A stretch of 64,000 nucleotides of DNA from Gemmatimonadota bacterium. Its GTDB lineage: Bacteria; Gemmatimonadota; Gemmatimonadetes; Gemmatimonadales; GWC2-71-9. This document shows, one piece after another, positions 60,124 to 64,000 of the stretch. Position 1 is the first letter of the stretch; each line of letters starts with the position of its first letter. Where the stretch lies: positions 29,846 through 93,845 of the forward strand of contig JAHECL010000001.1 of NCBI GenBank assembly GCA_024641745.1, written 5' to 3'. The notes under the pieces are model-generated. The model saw nothing but the letters and a program-made list of their open reading frames with translations, was not told the origin of the DNA and did no database searches. Made by a program: the position numbers and the translations under genes.

Positions 60124-60576
60124 TTACGGCGCCCTGGTCGCGGTGATCCAGAGGTTCAGGACGGAGTCCGGCCCGGTCGTGGCGTAGTGCGCGACCGACG
60201 GGCCGACGAGGGCGCCGTCAACGAGGCGCATCGAACCGTTCACCGACACCTCTACCCCTGGGCGCAGGGCGCTCTCATACGGCTCGGACTGGATGAGGAT
60301 GCTGTCGCCCGAGACGCCCACCGACATCGCCACCGGCTGCTCCCGTCCCGAGAATGTCATGCTCCAGTTCATCGGATCGGCCGAAGCCGTCATGGTGAAC
60401 GTGACGAGGACGCTGTCGCTGCCGACGGCTGTGGTGACGGCGGTCCATTGACCGGCCAGGTCGGTGAGGTTGATGGTGGGCGCCGCGGACGCGTCGGCCA
60501 CCGGGGGAGCATCCTGCTTGGCGCAGGCGGCCACGAGGAGAGTGCTGAGCGCGAGAGCCGGGACGACGCAACGCAT
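60124..60576 (-). CDS. Lipoprotein of unknown function (paralog B)
   Basis: Trimmed to the ATG at 60576 (MRCVVPALALSTLLVAACAK lipobox). It shares DAPPVADA..AP.INL.DLAG.W, SGDSIL, PYES, GSMRL.DG.L.GPSVAHYAT and the terminal ATRAP with paralog A. Confidence 0.6.
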   Translation of the reverse strand: MRCVVPALALSTLLVAACAKQDAPPVADASAAPTINLTDLAGQWTAVTTAVGSDSVLVTFTMTASADPMNWSMTFSGREQPVAMSVGVSGDSILIQSEPYESALRPGVEVSVNGSMRLVDGALVGPSVAHYATTGPDSVLNLWITATRAP

Positions 60577-60752
60577 CTTCGACCTCCAGACGAGGGGGGA
60601 TGGCTGCCCAGGGGCCGTGTGCACCTGTGCGAGCGCCAAGTTACCCACCGCCCCACACCGCGCAAGCGGTGCCGGAGCGGCGCCCCGCGGCGGGCCAGTC
60701 TGGCGGAACGCCCGCCGGAAGCGTCTATTGGACTCCCAAAGGAGACTCCCTC

Positions 60753-61229
60753 ATGTCCCAGCATCCTCGCTTCGCGAAGTCGGCGCTGATCTTCCCTGCG
60801 CTGCTCTTCACTCTTTCCCTCCCGGTGGCCGCCCAGACACCTGAGTTCCATCCCTCTCCGGATTCGGTGCTGAAACGGATGCCGTTCTCCGAGGCGGTCC
60901 GGGTGGGAAACATGCTGTACCTCTCGGGGCAGATCGGCAGTCTCCCCGGCACGCTGACGCTTGCGCCCGGGGGGATCGGACCGGAGACCCGGCAGACCTT
61001 CCAGAACATCGCCGCCATCCTGGAGCGGCACGGCGCCTCGCTCAAGGACGTGGTGAAGTGCACGGTCTTCCTGGCGGATATCGGGGAGTGGGGAGCCTTC
61101 AACAGCGTCTACCGGGAAGTATTCGCCGCCCCATACCCTGCACGGAGTGCGCTGGGGGGGGTGGAGCTGGTGTTCGGTGCGCGCGAGGAGGTCGAATGCA
61201 TGGCCGTGGTGCCCTCTCCGCCCGAGTAG
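60753..61229 (+). CDS. RidA/YjgF/L-PSP family protein with an N-terminal signal peptide
   Basis: ATG at 60753 with AAGGAG upstream. Signal ALIFPALLFTLSLPVAAQ. RVGNMLYLSGQIG, TRQTFQNI, KCTVFL and PARSA...VEC are RidA blocks. Confidence 0.85.
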   Translation: MSQHPRFAKSALIFPALLFTLSLPVAAQTPEFHPSPDSVLKRMPFSEAVRVGNMLYLSGQIGSLPGTLTLAPGGIGPETRQTFQNIAAILERHGASLKDVVKCTVFLADIGEWGAFNSVYREVFAAPYPARSALGGVELVFGAREEVECMAVVPSPPE

Positions 61230-61330
61230 CGCCGAGGGGCGGATGAGCGCTGTTGCGTCGCCTCCAGGATGCACCTAGCTTTCGCGCACGGGGCCGGACG
61301 ACTTCCCGCTTCCCCCGTGGAGCCCTCACC

Positions 61331-63766
61331 ATGACAAGCTTGAATCGCGCCGTGCTGAACTGCGGCACCCTGCTGCTCGCCCTCGCGGCCTGCCAGTCAC
61401 CCGAGCGCGCGCCCGCGGCCGCCGGCGGCATCGACCGCACGGTCCTCCCGATCGTCGCCCCGACCTACCCGCCCGTCACCGCGCTCGATGCGCGCACGGT
61501 CACCGCGCCCCCCGGCTTCGAGGTCACCGCGCCGGAGGGGGCGCCCAACGTGGTGATCGTCCTGATCGACGACATGGGTTTCGGCATGTCGAGCGCGTTT
61601 GGCGGCGGCATCCCGATGCCGGCCCTCGACAGCCTGGCCGGAGAAGGGCTCCGGTACAACGCCTTCCACACGACCGCACTCTGCTCGCCGACGCGCGTGG
61701 CGCTCCTCACAGGGCGAAACCACCACTCGAACAATGCCGGCGCGATCATGGAACTCGCGACCGCCTTTCCCGGCAATACCGGCATTCGGCCGCTCAGCAT
61801 CACCCCGGTCGCGGAAATTCTCCGGCAGAACGGGTACAGCACGGCGGCCTTCGGGAAATACCACGAGACCCCGCCGTGGGAGGTGAGCGTCTCCGGGTCG
61901 TTCGATCGGTGGCCCACGCGCTCGGGGTTCGACAAGTTCTACGGCTTCATCGGCGGCGAGACCAACCAGTGGTCACCGCTCCTCTGGGATGGGACGACGA
62001 TGGTCGAGCCGTCCCGGGACCCGAACTATCACTTCACGGTGGACATGACGGACCAGGCCATCGGGTGGATGCAGGCCCAGCACGCGATGACCCCGGCAAA
62101 GCCGTTCTTCGTCTATTTCGCCACGGGAGCGACGCACGCGCCGCACCATGTGCCCAAGGAGTGGATCGCCAAGTTCAAGGGGAAGTTCGACGGCGGGTGG
62201 GACAAGTACCGCGAAGAGACGCTCGCCCGCCAGATCAAGCTCGGCGTGGTGCCCCCGGGGACGCCACTCGCTCCGAAGCCGGACGCGATCAAGGACTGGG
62301 ACACGCTCACGCCGGACGAGCGGAGGCTGTTTGCGCATCAGATGGAGGTCTTCGCCGCCTTCGGGGCGCAGACCGACTACGAAATCGGCCGCCTCCTCGG
62401 GTCCCTCAGGACGATGGGCGTGGCCGACAACACGCTCGTCCTCTACCTGGTCGGGGACAACGGCACGAGTGCCGAGGGCGGGATGAACGGCATGTTCAAC
62501 GAGATGACGTACTTCAACGGCGTGAACGAAACCGTGGCCGACCAGTTGAAGCGCATCGATGAGCTCGGCGGGCCCAACACCTTCCCCCACTTTTCCGCGG
62601 GCTGGGCGGTGGCGGGCGACACGCCCTTCGAGTGGACCAAGCAGGTGGCGGGCAGCTTCGGCGGCACCCGGAATCCGCTCGTCATTTCCTGGCCGGCGCG
62701 AATCAAGGACCGCGGTGGCCTGCGGAGCCAGTTCGAGCACGTCACGGACGTGACACCCACGATCCTGGAGGCGACGCGGATTCCGGCGCCGAAGACGGTG
62801 AACGGCGTCGCGCAGCAGCCGATGGAAGGGGTGAGCATGGTCTACACCTTCGACAGCGCCGGGGCCAAGACCCGGCACCCGGTGCAGTACTTCGAGATCG
62901 CCGGGAATCGCGGCATCTACAGCGACGGCTGGCTGGCGGGCACGGTCCACCGGGCGCCCTGGGACTTCGTCCCGCGCCAGCCGCTCGACCAGGACGTCTG
63001 GGAGCTCTACAACACGACGGTGGACTTCAGCCTGGCGAATGACCTTGCGGCGAGCGAGCCCGAGCGGCTCAAGCAGATGCAGGCGCTGTTCATGTCCGAA
63101 GCGGCCAAGTACAATGTCCTGCCGATCGACGACCGGAGCATCGAGCGCTTCGACGCGGCGCAGGCCGGCCGGCCGGACCTCATGGGCGGGCGCACCACGC
63201 TGACGGTGTATCCCGGCATGCACGGCATGATGGAGAACGCCTTCATCAACGTGAAGAATCGTTCGAACGAGATGGTCGCCGAACTCGTCGTCCCACCCGC
63301 GGGCGCCAATGGCGTGATCCTCGCCCAGGGCGGGCGCTTCGGGGGCTGGACGCTCTATGTGAAGGGCAACCGGCCGATGTTCGCCTACAATTGGCTCGGC
63401 CTCGAGCTCTTCACCGTGCGCGGGTCGGCGCCGCTGCCCGCAGGCAAGGTGACCCTGCGGTACGTCTTCTCGTACGACGGCGGCGCGCCCGGGTCGGGCG
63501 GCGTCGAGAGCATCTACATCAACGGGACGAAGGTGGCGGAGGGACGGATCGGGAAGACACATGCGAACATGTTTTCGCTGGATGACGCCGCGGACGTTGG
63601 CATGGATGAGGGCACCCCGGTCACGACCGACTATCCGCAGTGGGGCAATGGATTCACGGGAACGATTGAGCGCGTGACCATCACGACGAACGAACTGAAA
63701 CTGACTCCTGGCGCGCGGGACTCGCTGGACGATCGGGACGCCGCCATCCAGGAAAGCATCGAGTAG
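61331..63766 (+). CDS. Arylsulfatase (formylglycine-dependent type I sulfatase), lipoprotein
   Basis: Start at the ATG at 61331 (lipobox LALAAC). Sulfatase signature CSPTRVALLTGRNHH, GKYHE and GDNGTS. Large C-terminal domain. Confidence 0.9.
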   Translation: MTSLNRAVLNCGTLLLALAACQSPERAPAAAGGIDRTVLPIVAPTYPPVTALDARTVTAPPGFEVTAPEGAPNVVIVLIDDMGFGMSSAFGGGIPMPALDSLAGEGLRYNAFHTTALCSPTRVALLTGRNHHSNNAGAIMELATAFPGNTGIRPLSITPVAEILRQNGYSTAAFGKYHETPPWEVSVSGSFDRWPTRSGFDKFYGFIGGETNQWSPLLWDGTTMVEPSRDPNYHFTVDMTDQAIGWMQAQHAMTPAKPFFVYFATGATHAPHHVPKEWIAKFKGKFDGGWDKYREETLARQIKLGVVPPGTPLAPKPDAIKDWDTLTPDERRLFAHQMEVFAAFGAQTDYEIGRLLGSLRTMGVADNTLVLYLVGDNGTSAEGGMNGMFNEMTYFNGVNETVADQLKRIDELGGPNTFPHFSAGWAVAGDTPFEWTKQVAGSFGGTRNPLVISWPARIKDRGGLRSQFEHVTDVTPTILEATRIPAPKTVNGVAQQPMEGVSMVYTFDSAGAKTRHPVQYFEIAGNRGIYSDGWLAGTVHRAPWDFVPRQPLDQDVWELYNTTVDFSLANDLAASEPERLKQMQALFMSEAAKYNVLPIDDRSIERFDAAQAGRPDLMGGRTTLTVYPGMHGMMENAFINVKNRSNEMVAELVVPPAGANGVILAQGGRFGGWTLYVKGNRPMFAYNWLGLELFTVRGSAPLPAGKVTLRYVFSYDGGAPGSGGVESIYINGTKVAEGRIGKTHANMFSLDDAADVGMDEGTPVTTDYPQWGNGFTGTIERVTITTNELKLTPGARDSLDDRDAAIQESIE

Positions 63767-63772
63767 GGGGGC

Positions 63773-64000
63773 TCAGCGCTCCGCCAGTTCGGCCCAGCGC
63801 ACGTTGCTGAGCCGCTCGTCCAGCGTGAGGTAGAATCGCGTCCCGTCGGAGGTGAGGGTCGGTCCGTTCACCCGGCCCATCGCGTCCTGGAGGTCCACCA
63901 GCCGCCGCGGCTTCCCGCCCGGGAGCGGCATCGCCCAGATGCCGCCGCGGCCCGACCCCTCGTGTCCCAGAAACCAGAGGTCGCTGCTTCCGTCGTCCCA
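63773..64000 (-). CDS. Partial (C-terminal 75 aa) protein, probably a TolB-like/WD40-like beta-propeller blade
   Basis: Not in the ORF track. Manual minus-strand translation: WDDGSSDLWFLGHEGSGRGGIWAMPLPGGKPRRLVDLQDAMGRVNGPTLTSDGTRFYLTLDERLSNVRWAELAER, stop TGA at 63773-63775. The IWxMxLxGGxPRRL pattern is typical of TolB-like repeats. Confidence 0.45.
   Translation of the reverse strand, partial: WDDGSSDLWFLGHEGSGRGGIWAMPLPGGKPRRLVDLQDAMGRVNGPTLTSDGTRFYLTLDERLSNVRWAELAER

Noticed and set aside
1-64000. Search for mobile elements, prophage, integrases, toxin-antitoxin or classical defence genes
   Set aside because: No transposase, integrase, recombinase, restriction-modification, Cas or phage structural motifs were recognised in any frame. 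No flanking direct repeats or tRNA integration sites were seen. Apart from short AT-richer intergenic patches, the GC composition looks uniform by eye, so there is no evidence for an island.

Overview
Very GC-rich bacterial chromosomal segment. Third codon positions are almost all G/C, which produces many long spurious antisense ORFs. It is densely packed with about 65 protein genes on both strands. I found no rRNA, tRNA, CRISPR array, transposase or integrase. Composition and gene content suggest a soil Gemmatimonadota- or Acidobacteriota-like organism, but this is only a guess without a database search. Main blocks in order: (1) greA, a GroES-like gene and small membrane proteins. (2) Exported peptide/D-amino-acid enzymes: a Tat-signal class V PLP enzyme, a VanX-like dipeptidase and PepP. 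(3) A caa3-type cytochrome c oxidase operon ctaCDEF with a recognisable promoter and terminator. (4) An M20 peptidase, a YkgJ/DUF423/membrane-protein trio and a plant/chlamydia-type FabI. (5) tesA divergent from a ybbA-ybbP-like ABC pair. (6) A Ser/Thr kinase translationally coupled to a SARP/BTAD-AAA regulator. (7) An envelope operon: OmpA with thrombospondin-3 repeats, then a beta-barrel protein carrying a CxxCH haem motif, then cytochrome c. (8) Transporters, a deaminase and an aldo/keto reductase. (9) An HDAC-family enzyme with a long C-terminal extension, coupled to an unknown membrane-anchored protein. (10) A tightly coupled arginine operon argG-X-argC-argD-argF'-argB-argE-argH-argR. X is an uncharacterised P-loop protein, no argA/argJ is present, and an AT-rich palindrome overlaps the argG start. 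(11) xdhC, then an orphan class I HMG-CoA reductase with a novel N-terminal domain, divergent from phaR-phasin-patatin, followed on the opposite strand by an acyltransferase and an ABC1 kinase. (12) Molybdenum-cofactor maturation genes, pit/DUF47 and a HAD hydrolase. (13) Two paralogous lipoproteins flanking a PRTase-CBS module. (14) A signal-peptide RidA and a large arylsulfatase. The best candidates for new biology are the P-loop gene in the arg operon, the haem-motif beta-barrel operon, the PhaR-linked HMGR/lipid-body cluster and the HDAC-plus-unknown pair. All functional calls rest on motif recognition by eye and need HMM or structure searches.
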